Below are positions 38,013-39,178 of a stretch of DNA of 39,178 nucleotides, in pieces. The notes under the pieces are model-generated. The model did no database searches, had not been told where the DNA came from, and worked only from the letters and a program-made list of their open reading frames with translations. This DNA is from an uncultured archaeon (GTDB taxonomy: Archaea; Asgardarchaeota; Thorarchaeia; Thorarchaeales; Thorarchaeaceae): positions 1-39,178 of the forward strand of contig CAYWJO010000033.1 in assembly GCA_964458565.1 (NCBI GenBank), given 5' to 3'. Position 1 is the stretch's first letter; every line of letters starts with the position of its first letter. Position numbers and translations under genes: made by a program.

Positions 38013-38093
38013 TTTCACATTATTAATAATAAACAATATTTATTGGGAGGAATAATATCTATTTTATTAAAATAAAATAAAGGAGAATTATTA

Positions 38094-39178
38094 ATGGCTT
38101 CAGATTTACACAAATTCCGAGGAACGCACCTTGAAATCGGTGTTCAGCACGGCAAAGCACTGGCTTCAATTATCAAAGATTCTGTAATTCCATTTGTTGA
38201 CGGTGATTATGCTGAGTCAAAAATTTCAGAAAGTGAAATCAAGAAAATTACGAAAAAATATGAAGAACTAATCGGGAAGCAATATCCAGAAATAATGGAC
38301 GAAACAAGAGGTATAGCAGAGGGTTCAGGAATAAGTTATGAAAAAGCATTATCCATCTTGCTTTTCTGGGAAATACGAGATACAGTGTCACATTCATTTC
38401 CTGAGTGCTCTTCATTCGTTGCAACAGGAGATGCAACTCATGATGGAAATCCAATTGCAACTCAAAATTCGGATTGGCCTTTAACTATGATAGGACGTGG
38501 TTTGGGACAAACGTTCCACATAGAACCTCAAGGACGTTATAGTTTCATTGGCCGTGGGTTGGCCGGTAATCTTGGAAGACCTTCGGTTATCGGATTCAAT
38601 GAAAAAGGACTAGCATTTGTTGGATCAGGTATAAGGCAGCTGCAAGGAGCAGGATTCGGTTTTCCATCTCTAACAGCAACCAGAATAGGGTTGGAAACTT
38701 GTGAAACGGTTGATGAATTCGTATCACTTTGTAGAAGCATTCCTAGCTGGTCACATGCAGGTGAAAATGTGGATGTGCTTGATCGAGAGGGAAATGTTGC
38801 AAGAATTAGTTTCACTACAAAACGGATTATGACAATTCAAACCAAAGATCACTTTGTAGTATCAACAAACCATTATCATAATAAAGAGATGAGGTATTTT
38901 GGTCCCCCTTCAAGAGAAGTTTACTCGTCTTCATATGATCGATATGCTAGAATTGTGAAACTCCTATGGGATAATTATGGTAAACTGGATCTAAACAAAG
39001 TTATGGAAATAATGAGTGACCACGAATTTGGAGATAAACCTCCAGAAGGAGTAAGATCAGTTTGCAGGCATGGTGAGAAGAATCAAACACTCACAAATAT
39101 GATACAGTTACCTCATAAACGGGAATTTTGGATATCTGATGGTACACCCTGTAAAAAGAACTACCATAAATTCAAACT
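38094..39178 (+). CDS. Second peptidase C45 family Ntn-hydrolase; 3'-truncated by the window edge; not in ORF track
   Basis: ATG 38094 after AGGAG: MASDLHKFRGTHLEIGVQHG...E|CSSF..QNSDW..GFNEKG..STNHY..SVCRH..WISDGTPC. Open to the end of the window. Confidence 0.9.
   Translation, partial: MASDLHKFRGTHLEIGVQHGKALASIIKDSVIPFVDGDYAESKISESEIKKITKKYEELIGKQYPEIMDETRGIAEGSGISYEKALSILLFWEIRDTVSHSFPECSSFVATGDATHDGNPIATQNSDWPLTMIGRGLGQTFHIEPQGRYSFIGRGLAGNLGRPSVIGFNEKGLAFVGSGIRQLQGAGFGFPSLTATRIGLETCETVDEFVSLCRSIPSWSHAGENVDVLDREGNVARISFTTKRIMTIQTKDHFVVSTNHYHNKEMRYFGPPSREVYSSSYDRYARIVKLLWDNYGKLDLNKVMEIMSDHEFGDKPPEGVRSVCRHGEKNQTLTNMIQLPHKREFWISDGTPCKKNYHKFK

Noticed and set aside
222-38815. The many other short ORFs in the six-frame track lying antisense or out of frame within called genes
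   Set aside because: Shadow ORFs of well-supported coding regions with no motifs or start signals.

Overview
Archaeal chromosomal window, most likely from an Asgard archaeon (Thorarchaeia-like). This is an inference from a single-domain gelsolin, archaeal TATA/SD signals, frequent TTG/GTG/CTG starts and lineage-style surface proteins. In order it contains: the 3' part of an SF2 helicase-like gene; a PAS-PAS histidine kinase; adenine deaminase; a four-copy tandem array of ~57-63 aa Cys-rich tail-anchored microproteins with an invariant N-terminus MSEIPMPGDYG (two copies missed by the ORF track); a VIT1/CCC1 transporter; a D-cysteine desulfhydrase/ACC deaminase family enzyme; a MoxR-type AAA+/VWA pair; a gelsolin-domain protein; small accessory genes (NTF2, GNAT, QueG/RdhA-like Fe-S protein, methyltransferase, ferritin-like, CruF-like); two amidohydrolases; a PIP-box protein coupled to a HEAT+winged-helix protein; a class V aminotransferase; a wHTH/PD-(D/E)xK protein; and a divergent catabolic cluster (MmgE/PrpD, aspartate dehydrogenase-like, class III aminotransferase, Dpp/Opp ABC transporter, two C45 Ntn-hydrolases). 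No rRNA, tRNA, CRISPR array or transposase was recognised. The best candidates for undescribed biology are the microprotein array (5201-6165) and the PIP-box/HEAT-WH pair (22073-24433). All family calls come from motif recognition by eye; no searches were run.
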